Below are positions 33,896 to 51,888 of a DNA stretch of 64,000 nucleotides, in pieces. Both the position numbers and the translations under genes were made by a program. The stretch lies in NCBI RefSeq assembly GCF_009914755.1, contig NC_060948.1; one strand, given 5' to 3'. This stretch comes from the human T2T-CHM13v2.0 reference genome, Homo sapiens. The notes under the pieces were generated by a model, which saw nothing but the letters and a program-made list of their open reading frames with translations, did no database searches and was not told the origin of the DNA. Every line of letters starts with the position of its first letter. Positions within the stretch are counted from its first letter, which is position 1.

Positions 33896-35993
33896 AGATC
33901 CATATTTTTTAAATGAAAAAAAATTTCAAAGGTACTCTGCTTGGTACAATAATCAAATGTATAAACTGAGGAATAAAACATAACCATGAAACCTACTTAT
34001 AACTGCATATGGAAAATACAGAGGATAATTTTTTAAATAACATATTTTGAAAGCCTTAACTAGTAATTTGAAGAGTTGGCATTTGAAAGGCCAGTATGAA
34101 TATACCTTCAAAGCAGCAACACAGGTTCCCCATGAGAAAAAGCAAACTCAGGGAAAATGAAACCACAAAGGTTCAATCTCTTCTGACCTTTGAAAGACAC
34201 AGCACAGACAGTGGTCCTTAGGACGAAGAGCAGGAGACCCCTAATTCCGTCACCACGGCGATAGGGCATAAACATTGCTGGGTGAGGGCACAATCCACAT
34301 TGTGAGGTCCAACTGCTGCCAGGAAGACAGGAGTGCTTTTACATAGACCGAAAGGTCATTGAAGGCTCAGAGTTTTGTTTCAAGAACTGAATCCCAAGCC
34401 CACACGTTGTTAGGCTGCGCTTCTTAAAACCAGTTATGAGATGGGAAAAAGGGCACCCACAAACATACGTATACATTATGTATATAATAATATACAGTAT
34501 CATATATATAATATATATAACCTATGTATAATATTGTTTTACATCCTGCATCTTATATTATATATATTGTATAAAATATAATAATTGATAATATATAAGT
34601 TTTATATTTATACAATATGACATATAGTATATATTATAATTTATGACATATATAATATATGTTATATATCATATATAGAATATATTATACGGTAATATAC
34701 GTATTAAATATAAACTATACATTATATATATTATATATAATATATCTGTTATATATAACACCCATTATGCATAATATATACATTATGTCTATGTTATATA
34801 TAGTATAAAACAACACATAATAATATATAATTGTATATATAAAATGCGACATAAAATATATATTATGTTTTATGACATATGTAATATATATTATATATTA
34901 TATATAATACGTTGTATGTATAATACCTATATTAAATATATATTATATGACTATGTTATTAATTACATGTCACATGTGTTATATATTATATATTTTACAT
35001 AGAATATACCGGTTACATACAACATATACTATGTTACCTACAATGCATAATTGATTACATGTAAAATAAAGAATGCAATATATTATGTATAATTTATAAT
35101 ATACAATATGTGGAATGTGATATATATAACATATATGATATATGATATACAGTATATGATATATAACATACAATATATAATACCTAATATATATGGTATA
35201 CAATATATATTTTATGATATGTATTCTATATGTTTTATATTCTGTTATATATAACTATTTGAAATTATATATAACTGTATAATATTTTATGTAAATATGT
35301 AATATAATATATATAACTATATAATATATTATATATAACTATATATTATGTTATATATACTTTTATAACATAATTTACATAAAATATCATAATATAATAT
35401 ATATTATATTATTTAATATTACATAATATATATTACATATCACCCAATATAAGTAACACACATAATATTATAATATAGATTATATTACGTTATATTAAAT
35501 ATCATATATATCATGTATCATATATTCTATAATATATATTTTACATTATATAATATGTATGTTGTCTCTTATGTGATATATATAACTATATATATAATTA
35601 TATTATTATACATATAACTAGATAAACATGTAATTCTACATATTTTCATTTATAATATATAGAATTTTATAATCATATATAATTATTTATATTCTAAAAA
35701 AATTATATCATTATATAAATTATAATATATAAAATTTATAATATGTACTACAAATATATATATTATATATCATATATGATATAGTACCTTTGTTATATAT
35801 CATATTACATATAAATGTGTATTATGTTATCTATAATTATATAATTACATATATAAGATGTATAATATGTATTATATATTGTATATGTTATGTAATATAT
35901 TTAGTATATATAAGATGACACAGGATAAATGTTATATACTATGACATATAAAATATATGAGGTTATATGTTACATATAAGGCATAGCACATAA

Positions 35994-36309
<316 letters not shown>

Positions 36310-38414
36310 AGATCCATATTTTTTAAATGAAAAAAAATTTCATAGGTACTCTGCTTGGTACAATAATCAAATGTATAAACTGAGGAATAAAACATAACCA
36401 TGAAACCTACTTATAACTGCATATGGAAAATACAGAGGATAATTTTTTAAATAACATATTTTGAAAGCCTTAACTAGTAATTTGAAGAGCTGGCATTTGA
36501 AAGGCCAGTATGAATATACCTTCAAAGCAGCAACACAGGTTCCCCATGAGAAAAAGCAAACACAGGGAAAATAAAAACACAAAGGTTCAATCTCTTCTGA
36601 CCTTTGAAAGACACAGCACAGACAGTGGTCCTTAGGACGAAGAGCAGGAGACCCCTAATTACGTCACCATGGCGATAGGGCATAAACATTGCTGGGTGAG
36701 GGCACAATCCACATTGTGAGGTCCAACTGCTGCCAGGAAGACAGGAGTGCTTTTACATAGACCGAAAGGTCATTGAAGGCTCAGAGTTTTGTTTCAAGAA
36801 CTGAATCCCAAGCCCACACGTTATTAGGCTGCGCTTCTTAAAACAAGTTATGAGATGGGAAAAAGGGCACCCACAAACATACGTATACATTATGTATATA
36901 ATAATATACAGTATCATATATATAATATATATAACCTATGTATAATATTGTTTTACATCCTGCATCTTATGTTATATATATTGTATAAAATATAATAATT
37001 GATAATATATAAGTTTTATAATTATACAATATGACATATAGTATATATTATAATTTATGACATATATAATATATGTTATATGTCATATATAGAATATATT
37101 ATACGGTTAATATACGTATTAAATATAAATTATACATTATATATATTATATATAATATATCTGTTATATATAATACCCATTATGCATAATATATATATTA
37201 TGTCTATGTTATATATAGTATAAAACAACGTATAATAATATATAATTGCATATACAAAATGCGACATATAATATATATTATATTTTATAACATATGTAAT
37301 ATATATTATATATTATATATAATACGTTGTATGTATAATACCTATATTAAATATATATTATATGACTATGTTATTAATTACATGTCACATGTGTTATATA
37401 TTATATATTTTACATAGAATATACCGGTTACATACAATATATACTATGTTACCTATAATGTATAATTGATTACATGTAAAATAAAGAATGCAATATATTA
37501 TGTATAATTTATAATATACCATATGTGGAATGTGATATCTATAACATATAATATATGATATATGATATACAGTATATGATATATAACATACAATATATGA
37601 TTCCTAATATATATGGTATACAATATATATTTTATGATATGTATTCTATATGTTTTATATTCTGTTATATAAAACTATTTGAAATTATAAATAACTGTAT
37701 AATATTTTATGTAAATATGTAATATAATATATATAAATATATAATATATTATATATAACTATATATTATGTTATATATACTTTTATAACATAATTTACAT
37801 AAAATATCATAATATAATATATATTATATTATTTCATATTACATAATATATATTACATATCACCCAATATAACTAACATACATAATATTATAATATAGAT
37901 TATATTATGTTATATTAAATATCATATATATCATGTATCATATATTCTATAATATATATTACACATTATATAATATGTATGTTGTCTATTATGTGATATA
38001 TAAAACTATATATATAATTATATTTTTATACATATAACTAGATAAACATGTAATTCTACATATTTTCATTTATAATATGTAGAATTATATAATCATATAT
38101 AATTATTTATATTCTATAAAAAATTTTATCATTATATAAATTATAATATATAAAAATTATAATATGTACTACAAATATATATATTATATATCATATATGA
38201 TATAGTACCTTTGTTATATATCATAATACATATAAATGTGTATTATGTTATCTATAATTATATAATTTCATATATAAGATGTATAATATGTATCATATAT
38301 TATATATGTTATGTAATATATATAGTATATATAAGATGACACAGGATAAATATTATATACTATGACATATAAAATATATCAGGTTATATGTTACATATAA
38401 GGCATAGCACATAA

Positions 38415-38729
<315 letters not shown>

Positions 38730-40859
38730 AGATCCATATTTTTTAAATGAAAAAAAATTTCAAAGGTACTCTGCTTGGTACAATAATCAAATGTATAAAC
38801 TGAGGAATAAAACATAACCATGAAACCTACTTATAACTGCATATGGAAAATACAGAGGATAATTTTTTAAATAACATATTTTGAAAGCCTTAACTAGTAA
38901 TTTGAAGAGCTGGCATTTGAAAGGCCAGTATGAATATACCTTCAAAGCAGCAACACAGGTTCCCCATGAGAAAAAGCAAACACAGGGAAAATAAAAACAC
39001 AAAGGTTCAATCTCTTCTGACCTTTGAAAGACACAGCACAGACAGTGGTCCTTAGGACGAAGAGCAGGAGACCCCTAATTCCGTCACCATGGCGATAGGG
39101 CATAAACATTGCTGGGTGAGGGCACAATCCACATTGTGAGGTCCAACTGCTGCCAGGAAGACAGGAGTGCTTTTACATAGACCGAAAGGTCATTGAAGGC
39201 TCAGAGTTTTGTTTCAAGAACTGAATCCCACGCCCACACGTTATTAGGCTGCGCTTCTTAAAACAAGTTATGAGATGGGAAAAAGGGCACCCACAAACAT
39301 ACGTATACATTATGTATATAATAATATACAGTATCATATATATAATATATATAACCTATGTATAATATTGTTTTACATCCTGCATCCTATGTTATATATA
39401 TTGTATAAAATATAATAATTGATAATATATAAGTTTTATAATTATACAATATGACATATAGTATATATTATAATTTATGACATATATATTATATGTTATA
39501 TATCATATATAGAATATATTATACGGTTAATATACGTATTAAATATAAATTATACATTATATATATTATATATAATATATCTGTTATATATAATACCCAT
39601 TATGCATAATATATATATTATGTCTATGTTATATATAGTATAAAACAACATATAATAATATATAATTGTATATATAAAATGCGACATATAATATATATTA
39701 TATTTTATAACATATGTAATATATATTATATATTATATATAATACGTTGTATGTATAATACCTATATTAAATACATATTATATGACTATGTTATTAATTA
39801 CATGTCACATGTGTTATATATTACATATTTTACATAGAATATACCGGTTACATACAATATATACTATGTTACCTATAATGTATAATTTATTACATGTAAA
39901 ATAAAGAATGCAATATATTATGTATAATTTATAATATACAATATGTGGAATGTGATATATGTAACACATAATATATGATATATGATATACAGTATATGAT
40001 ATATAACATACAATATATGATTCCTAATATATATGGTATACAATACATATTTTATGATATGTATTCTATATGTTTTATATTCTGTTATATATAACTATTT
40101 GAAATTATATATAACTGTATAATATTTTATGTAAATATGTAATATAATATATATAACTATATAATATATTATATATAACTATATATTATGTTATATATAC
40201 TTTTATAACATAATTTACATAAAATATCATAATATAATATATATTATAATATTTCATATTACATAATATATATTACATATCACCCAATATAACTAACATA
40301 CATAATATTATAATATAGATTATATTATGTTATATTAAATATAATATATATCATGTATCATATATTCTATAATATATATTACACATTATATAATATGTAT
40401 GTTGTCTATTATGTGATATATATAACTATATATATAATTATATTTTTATACATATAACTACATAAACATGTAATTCTACATATTTTCATTTATAATATGT
40501 AGAATTATATAATCATATATAATTATTTATATTCTATAAAAAATTTTATCATTATATAAATTATAATATATAAAAATTATAATATGTACTACAAATATAT
40601 ATATATTATATATCATATATGATATAGTACCTTTGTTATATATCATAATATATATAAATGTGTATTATGTTATCTATAATTATATAATTTCATATATAAG
40701 ATGTATAATATGTATCATATATTATATATGTTATGTAATATATATAGTATATATAAGATGACACAGGATAAATATTATATACTATGACATATAAAATATA
40801 TGAGGTTATATGTTACATATAAGGCATAGCACATAACATGTAATATATATCACGTATAA

Positions 40860-41151
40860 TTTTTTTTTAGACAGAATCTTGTCCTGTTGCACAGGGTGGG
40901 GTACAATGGCGCCATCTTTGCTCACTGCAACTTCTGCCTCACGGGTCCAAGCGATTGTCCTCCCTCAGCCTCCCAGGTAGCTGGGACTACACCACACTGG
41001 GACTACACCAGCTGCCACCATGCCTAGCTAATTTTTTGGATTTTTAGTAGTGACAGCGTTTCACTGTATTGGCCAGGACGGTCTTGATCTCTTCACCTTG
41101 TGATCCCCTTGCCTTGGCCTCCAAATGTGCTGGGATTACAGGCCTGAGCCA
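40860..41151 (-). mobile_element. Diverged Alu, U17
   Basis: Copy of the 2152-2443 element. Confidence 0.93.
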
Positions 41152-43279
41152 AGATCCATATTTTTTAAATGAAAAAAAATTTCAAAGGTACTCTTCTTGG
41201 TACAATAATCAAATGTATAAACTGAGGAATAAAACATAACCATGAAACCTACTTATAACTGCATATGGAAAATACAGAGGATAATTTTTTAAATAACATA
41301 TTTTGAAAGCCTTAACTAGTAATTTGAAGAGTTGGCATTTGAAAGGCCAGTATGAATATACCTTCAAAGCAGCAACACAGGTTCCCCATGAGAAAAAGCA
41401 AACACAGGGAAAATAAAAACACAAAGGTTCAATCTCTTCTGACCTTTGAAAGACACAGCACAGACAGTGGTCCTTAGGACGAAGAGCAGGAGACCCCTAA
41501 TTCCGTCACCATGGCGATAGGGCATAAACATTGCTGGGTGAGGGCACAATCCACATTGTGAGGTCCAACTGCTGCCAGGAAGACAGGAGTGCTTTTACAT
41601 AGACCGAAAGGTCATTGAAGGCTCAGAGTTTTGTTTCAAGAACTGAATCCCAAGCCCACACGTTATTAGGCTGCGCTTCTTAAAACAAGTTATGAGATGG
41701 GAAAAAGGGCACCCACAAACATACGTATACATTATGTATATAATAATATACAGTATCATATATATAATATATATAACCTATGTATAATATTGTTTTACAT
41801 CCTGCATCTTATGTTATATATATTGTATAAAATATAATAATTGATAATATATAAGTTTTATAATTATACAATATGACATATAGTATATATTATAATTTAT
41901 GACATATATAATATATGTTATATGTCATATATAGAATATATTATACGGTTAATATACGTATTAAATATAAATTATACATTATATATATTATATATAATAT
42001 ATCTGTTATATATAATACCCATTATGCATAATATATATATTATGTCTATGTTATATATAGTATAAAACAACATATAATAATATATAATTGTATATATAAA
42101 ATGCGACATATAATATATATTATATTTTATAACATATGTAATATATATTATATATTATATATAATACGTTGTATGTATAATACCTATATTAAATACATAT
42201 TATATGACTATGTTATTAATTACATGTCACATGTGTTATATATTATATATTTTACATAGAATATACCGGTTACATACAATATATACTATGTTACCTATAA
42301 TGTATAATTTATTACATGTAAAATAAAGAATGCAATATATTATGTATAATTTATAATATACAATATGTGGAATGTGATATATGTAACATATAATATATGA
42401 TATATGATATACAGTATATGATATATAACATACAATATATGATTCCTAATATATATGGTATACAATACATATTTTATGATATGTATTCTATATGTTTTAT
42501 ATTCTGTTATATATAACTATTTGAAATTATATATAACTGTATAATATTTTATGTAAATATGTAATATAATATATATAACTATATAATATATTATATATAA
42601 CTATATATTATGTTATATATACTTTTATAACATAATTTACATAAAATATCATAATATAATATATATTATAATATTTCATATTACATAATATATATTACAT
42701 ATCACCCAATATAACTAACATACATAATATTATAATATAGATTATATTATGTTATATTAAATATCATATATATCATGTATCATATATTCTATAATATATA
42801 TTACACATTATATAATATGTATGTTGTCTATTATGTGATATATATAACTATATATATAATTATATTTTTATACATATAACTAGATAAACATGTAATTCTA
42901 CATATTTTCATTTATAATATGTAGAATTATATAATCATATATAATTATTTATATTCTATAAAAAATTTTATCATTATATAAATTATAATATATAAAAATT
43001 ATAATATGTACTACAAATATATATATTATACATCATATATGATATAGTACCTTTGTTATATATCATAATATATATAAATGTGTATTATGTTATCTATAAT
43101 TATATAATTTCATATATAAGATGTATAATATGTATCATATATTATATATGTTATGTAATATATATAGTATATATAAGATGACACAGGATAAATATTATCT
43201 ACTATGACATATAAAATATATGAGGTTATATGTTACATATAAGGCATAGCACATAACATGTAATATATATCATGTATAA

Positions 43280-43571
43280 TTTTTTTTTAGACACAATCTT
43301 GTCCTGTTGCACAGGGTGGGGTACAATGGCGCCATCTTTGCTCACTGCAACTTCTGCCTCACGGGTCCAAGCGATTGTCCTCCCTCAGCCTCCCAGGTAG
43401 CTGGGACTACACCACACTGGGACTACACCAGCTGCCACCATGCCTAGCTAATTTTTTGGATTTTTAGTAGTGACAGCGTTTCACTGTATTGGCCAGGACG
43501 GTCTTGATCTCTTCACCTTGTGATCCCCTTGCCTTGGCCTCCAAATGTGCTGGGATTACAGGCCTGAGCCA
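43280..43571 (-). mobile_element. Diverged Alu, U18
   Basis: Copy of the 2152-2443 element. Confidence 0.93.
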
Positions 43572-45699
43572 AGATCCATATTTTTTAAATGAAAAAAAAT
43601 TTCAAAGGTACTCTTCTTGGTACAATAATCAAATGTATAAACTGAGGAATAAAACATAACCATGAAACCTACTTATAACTGCATATGGAAAATACAGAGG
43701 ATAATTTTTTAAATAACATATTTTGAAAGCCTTAACTAGTAATTTGAAGAGTTGGCATTTGAAAGGCCAGTATGAATATACCTTCAAAGCAGCAACACAG
43801 GTTCCCCATGAGAAAAAGCAAACACAGGGAAAATAAAAACACAAAGGTTCAATCTCTTCTGACCTTTGAAAGACACAGCACAGACAGTGGTCCTTAGGAC
43901 GAAGAGCAGGAGACCCCTAATTCCGTCACCATGGCGATAGGGCATAAACATTGCTGGGTGAGGGCACAATCCACATTGTGAGGTCCAACTGCTGCCAGGA
44001 AGACAGGAGTGCTTTTACATAGACCGAAAGGTCATTGAAGGCTCAGAGTTTTGTTTCAAGAACTGAATCCCAAGCCCACACGTTATTAGGCTGCGCTTCT
44101 TAAAACAAGTTATGAGATGGGAAAAAGGGCACCCACAAACATACGTATACATTATGTATATAATAATATACAGTATCATATATATAATATATATAACCTA
44201 TGTATAATATTGTTTTACATCCTGCATCTTATGTTATATATATTGTATAAAATATAATAATTGATAATATATAAGTTTTATAATTATACAATATGACATA
44301 TAGTATATATTATAATTTATGACATATATAATATATGTTATATGTCATATATAGAATATATTATACGGTTAATATACGTATTAAATATAAATTATACATT
44401 ATATATATTATATATAATATATCTGTTATATATAATACCCATTATGCATAATATATATATTATGTCTATGTTATATATAGTATAAAACAACATATAATAA
44501 TATATAGTTGTATATATAAAATGCGACATAAAATATATATTATATTTTATGACATATGTAATATATATTATATATTATATATAATACGTTGTATGTATAA
44601 TACCTATATTAAATATATATTATATGACTATGTTATTAATTACATGTCACATATTTTATATATTATATATTTTACATGGAATATAAAGGTAACATACAAT
44701 ATATACTATGTTACCTATAATGTATAATTGATTACATGTGAAATAAAGAATGCAATATATTATGTATAGTTTATAATATACAATATGTGGAATGTGATAT
44801 ATATAACATATAATATATGATATATGATATACAGTATATGGTATATAACATACAATATATGATACCTAATATATATGGTATACAATATATATTTTATGAT
44901 ATGTATTCTATATGTTTTATATTCTGTTATATATAACTATTTGAAATTATATATAACTGTATAATATTTTATGTAAATATGTAATATAATATATATAACT
45001 ATATGATATATTATATATAACTATATATTATGTTATATATACTTTCATAACATAATTTACATAAAATGTCATAATATAATATATATTATATTATTTCATA
45101 TTACATAATATATATTACATATCACCCAACATAAGTAACATACATAATATTATAATATAGATTATATTATATTATATTAAATATCATATATATCATGTAT
45201 CATATATTCTAAAATATATATTACACATTATATAATATGTATGTTGTCTATTATGTGATATATATAACTATATATATAATTATATTATTATACATATAAC
45301 TAGATAAACATGTAATTCTACATATTTTCATTTATAATATATAGAATTATATAATCATATATAATTATTTATATTCTATAAAAAATTATATCATTATATA
45401 AATTATAATATATAAAAATAATTATATGTACTACAAATATATATATTATATATCATATATGATATAGTACCTTTGTTATATATCATAATACATATAAATG
45501 TGTATTATGTTATCTATAATTATATAATTTCATATATAAGATGTATAATATGTATTATATATTATACACGTTATGTAATATATATAGTATATATAAGATG
45601 ACACAGGATAAATATTATATACTATGACATATAAAATATATGAGGTTATATGTCACATATAAGGCATAGCACATAACATGTAATATATATCATATATAA

Positions 45700-45991
45700 T
45701 TTTTTTTTAGACACAGTCTTGTCCTGTTGCACAGGGTGGGGTACAATGGCGCCAAGTTTGCTCACTGCAACATCTGCCTCACGGGTCCAAGCGATTGTCC
45801 TCCCTCAGCCTCCCAGGTAGCTGGGACTACACCACACTGGGACTACACCAGCTGCCACCATGCCTAGCTAATTTTTTGGATTTTTAGTAGTGACAGCGTT
45901 TCACTGTATTGGCCAGGATGGTCTTGATCTCTTCACCTTGTGATCCCCTTGCCTTGGCCTCCAAATTTGCTGGGATTACAGGCCTGAGCCA
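45700..45991 (-). mobile_element. Diverged Alu, U19
   Basis: Copy of the 2152-2443 element. Confidence 0.93.
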
Positions 45992-48118
45992 AGATCCATA
46001 TTTTGTAAATGAAAAAAAATTTCAAAGGTACTCTGCTTGGTACAATAATCAAATGTATAAACTGAGGAATAAAACATAACCATGAAACCTACTTATAACT
46101 GCATATGGAAAATACAGAGGATAATTTTTTAAATAACATATTTTGAAAGCCTTAACTAGTAATTTGAAGAGTTGGCATTTGAAAGGCCAGTATGAATATA
46201 CCTTCAAAGCAGCAACACAGGTTCCCCATGAGAAAAAGCAAACTCAGGGAAAATGAAACCACAAAGGTTCAATCTCTTCTGACCTTTGAAAGACACAGCA
46301 CAGACAGTGGTCCTTAGGACGAAGAGCAGGAGACCCCTAATTCCGTCACCATGGCGATAGGGCATAAACATTGCTGGGTGAGGGCACAATCCACATTGTG
46401 AGGTCCAACTGCTGCCAGGAAGACAGGAGTGCTTTTAAATAGACCTAAATGTCATTGAAGGCTCAGAGTTTTGTTTCAAGAACTGAATCCCAAGCCCACA
46501 CGTTATTAGGCTGCGCTTCCCAAAACAAGTTGTGAGATGGGAAAAAGCGCACCCACAAACGTACGTATACATTATGTATATAATAATATACAGTATCATA
46601 TATATAATATATATAACCTATGTATAATATTGTTTTACATCCTGCATCTTATATTATATATATTGTATAAAATATAATAATTGATAATATATATGTTTTA
46701 TATTTATACAATATGACATATAGTATATATTATAATTTATGACATATATAATATATGTTATATATCATATATAGAATATATTATACGGTAATATACGTAT
46801 TAAATATAAACTATACATTATATATATTATATATAATATATCTGTTATATATAACACCCATTATGCATAATATATACATTATGTCTATGTTATATATAGT
46901 ATAAAACAACACATAATAATATATAATTGTATATATAAAATGCGACATAAAATATATATTATATTTTATGACATATGTAATATATATTATATATTATATA
47001 TAATACGTTGTATGTATAATACCTATATTAAATATATATTATATGACTATGTTATTTATTACATGTCACATATGTTATATATTATATATTTTACATAGAA
47101 TATACCGGTTACATACAATATATACTATGTTACCTACAATGTATAATTGATTACATGTAAAATAAAGAATGCAATATATTATGTATAATTTATAATATAC
47201 AATATGTGGAATGTGATATATATAACATATATTATATGATATATGATATACAGTATATGATATATAACATACAATATATGATACCTAATATATACGGTAT
47301 AAAATATATATTTTATGATATGTATTCTCTATGTTTTATATTCTGTTATATATAACTATTTGAAATTATATATAACTGTATAATATTTTATGTAAATATG
47401 TAATATAATATATATAACTATATAATATATTATATATAACTATATAGTATGTTATATATACTTTTATAACATAATTTACATAAAATATCATAATATAATA
47501 TATATTATATTATTTCATATTACATAATATATATTACATATCACCCAACATAAGTAACATACATAATATTATAATATAGATTATATTAAGTTATATTAAA
47601 TATCATATATATCATGTATCATATATTCTATAATATATATTACACATTATATAATATGTATTATGTCTATTATGTGATATATATAACTATATATATAATT
47701 ATATTATTATACATATAACTAGATAAACATGTAATTCTACATATTTTCATTTATAATATATAGAATTATATAATCATATATAATTATTTATATTCTATAA
47801 AAAATTATGTCATTATATAAATTATAATATATAAAAATTATAATATGTACTACAAATATATATATTATATATCATATATGATATAGTACCTTTGTTATAT
47901 ATCATAATACATATAAATGTGTATTATGTTATCTATAATTATATAATTTCATATATAAGATGTATAATATGTATCATATATTATATATGTTATGTAATAT
48001 ATATAGTATATATAAGATGACACAGGATAAATATTATATACTATGACATATAAAATATATGAGGTTATATGTTACATATAAGGCATAGCACATAACATGT
48101 AATATATATCATATATAA

Positions 48119-48410
48119 TTTTTTTTTAGACAGAGTCTTGTCGTGTTGCACAGGGTGGGGTACAATGGCGCCATCTTTGCTCTCCGCAACATCTGCCTCA
48201 CGGGTCTAAGCGATTGTCCTCCCTCAGCCTCCCAGGTAGCTGGGACTACACCACACTGGGTCTACACCAGCTGCCACCATGCCTAGCTAATTTTTTGGAT
48301 TTTTAGTAGTGACAGCGTTTCAGTGTATTGGCCAGGATGGTCTTGATCTCTTCACCTTGTGATCCCTTTGCCTTGGCCTCCAAATTTGCTGGGATTACAG
48401 GCCTGAGCCA
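48119..48410 (-). mobile_element. Diverged Alu, U20 (variant haplotype)
   Basis: Same variant haplotype as the U13 and U14 Alus. Confidence 0.93.
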
Positions 48411-50516
48411 AGATCCATATTTTTTAAATGAAAAAAAATTTCAAAGGTACTCTGCTTGGTACAATAATCAAATGTATAAACTGAGGAATAAAACATAACC
48501 ATGAAACCTACTTATAACTGCATATGGAAAATACAGAGGATAATTTTTTAAATAACATATTTTGAAAGCCTTAACTAGTAATTTGAAGAGTTGGCATTTG
48601 AAAGGCCAGTATGAATATACCTTCAAAGCAGCAACACAGGTTCCCCATGAGAAAAAGCAAACTCAGGGAAAATGAAACCACAAAGGTTCAATCTCTTCTG
48701 ACCTTTGAAAGACACAGCACAGACAGTGGTCCTTAGGACGAAGAGCAGGAGACCCCTAATTCCGTCACCACGGCGATAGGGCATAAACATTGCTGGGTGA
48801 GGGCACAATCCACATTGTGAGGTCCAACTGCTGCCAGGAAGACAGGAGTGCTTTTACATAGACCGAAAGGTCATTGAAGGCTCAGAGTTTTGTTTCAAGA
48901 ACTGAATCCCAAGCCCACACGTTGTTAGGCTGCGCTTCTTAAAACCAGTTATGAGATGGGAAAAAGGGCACCCACAAACATATGTATACATTATGTATAT
49001 AATAATATACAGTATCATATATATAATATATATAACCTATGTATAATATTGTTTTACATCCTGCATCTTATATTATATATATTGTAAAAAATATAATAAT
49101 TGATAATATATAAGTTTTATATTTATACAATATGACATATAGTATATATTATAATTTATGACATATATAATATATGTTATATATCATATATAGAATATAT
49201 TATACGGTAATATACGTATTAAATATAAACTATACATTATATATATTATATATAATATATCTGTTATATATAACACCCATTATGCATAATATATACATTA
49301 TGTCTATGTTATATATAGTATAAAACAACACATAATAATATATAATTGTATATATAAAATGCGACATAAAATATATATTATATTTTATGACATATGTAAT
49401 ATATATTATATATTATATATAATACGTTGTATGTATAATACCTATATTAAATATATATTATATGACTATGTTATTAATTACATGTCACATATGTTATATA
49501 TTATATATTTTACATAGAATATACCGGTTACATACAATATATACTATGTTACCTACAATGTATATTTGATTACATGTAAAATAAAGAATGCAATATATTA
49601 TGTATAATTTATAATATACAATATGTGGAATGTGATATATATAACATATATTATATGATATATGATATACAGTATATGACATATAACATACAATATATGA
49701 TACCTAATATATACGGTATAAAATATATATTTTATGATATGAATTCTCTATGTTTTATATTCTGTTATATATAACTATTTGAAATTATATATAACTGTAT
49801 AATATTTTATGTAAATATGTAATATAATATATATAACTATATAATGTATTATATATAACTATATATTATGTTATATATATAGTTTTATAACATAATTTAC
49901 ATAAAATATCATAATATAATATATATTATATTATTTCATATTACATAATATATATTACATATCACCCAACATAAGTAACATACATAATATTATAATATAG
50001 ATTATATTATGTTATATTAAATATCATATATATCATGTATCATATATTCTATAATATATATTACACATTATATAATATGTATTTTGTCTATTATGTGATA
50101 TATATAACTATACATATAATTATATTATTATACATATAACTAGATAAACATGTAATTCTACATATTTTCATTTATAATATATAGAATTATATAATCATAT
50201 ATAATTATTTATATTCTATAAAAAATTATGTCATTATATAAATTATAATATATAAAAATTATAATATGTACTACAAATATATATATTATATATCATATAT
50301 GATATAGTACCTTTGTTATATATCATAATACATATAAATGTGTATTATGTTATCTATAATTATATAATTTCATATATAAGATGTATAATATGTATCATAT
50401 ATTATATATGTTATGTAATATATATAGTATATATAAGATGACACAGGATAAATATTATATACTATGACATATAAAATATATGAGGTTATATGTTACATAT
50501 AAGGCATAGCACATAA

Positions 50517-50831
<315 letters not shown>

Positions 50832-51888
50832 AGATCCATATTTTTTAAATGAAAAAAAATTTCAAAGGTACTCTGCTTGGTACAATAATCAAATGTATAA
50901 ACTGAGGAATAAAACATAACCATGAAACCTACTTATAACTGCATATGGAAAATACAGAGGATAATTTTTTAAATAACATATTTTGAAAGCCTTAACTAGT
51001 AATTTGAAGAGTTGGCATTTGAAAGGCCAGTATGAATATACCTTCAAAGCAGCAACACAGGTTCCCCTTGAGAAAAAGCAAACTCAGAGAAAATGAAACC
51101 ACAAAGGTTCAATCTCTTCTGACCTTTGAAAGACACAGCACAGACAGTGGTCCTTAGGACGAAGAGCAGGAGACCCCTAATTCCGTCACCATGGCGATAG
51201 GGCATAAACATTGCTGGGTGAGGGCACAATCCACATTGTGAGGTCCAACTGCTGCCAGGAAGACAGGAGTGCTTTTACATAGACCGAAAGGTCATTGAAG
51301 GCTCAGAGTTTTGTTTCAAGAACTGAATCCCAAGCCCACACGTTATTAGGCTGCGCTTCTTAAAACAAGTTATGAGATGGGAAAAAGGGCACCCACAAAC
51401 ATACGTATACATTATGTATATAATAATATACAGTATCATATATATAATATATATAACCTATGTATAATATTGTTTTACATCCTGCATCTTATGTTATATA
51501 TATTGAATAAAATATAATAATTGATAATATATAAGTTTTATATTTATACAATATGACATATAGTATATATTATAATTTATGACATATATAATATATGTTA
51601 TATATCATATATAGAATATATTATACGGTTAATATACGTATTAAATATAAATTATACATTATATATATTATATATAATATATCTGTTATATATAATACCC
51701 CTTATGCATAATATATATATTATGTCTATGTTATATATAGTATAAAACAACACATAATAATATATAATTGTATACATAAAATGCGACATATAATATATAT
51801 TATATTTTATGACATATGTAATATATATTATATATTATATATATTACGTTGTATGTATAATACCTATATTAAATATATATTATATGAC

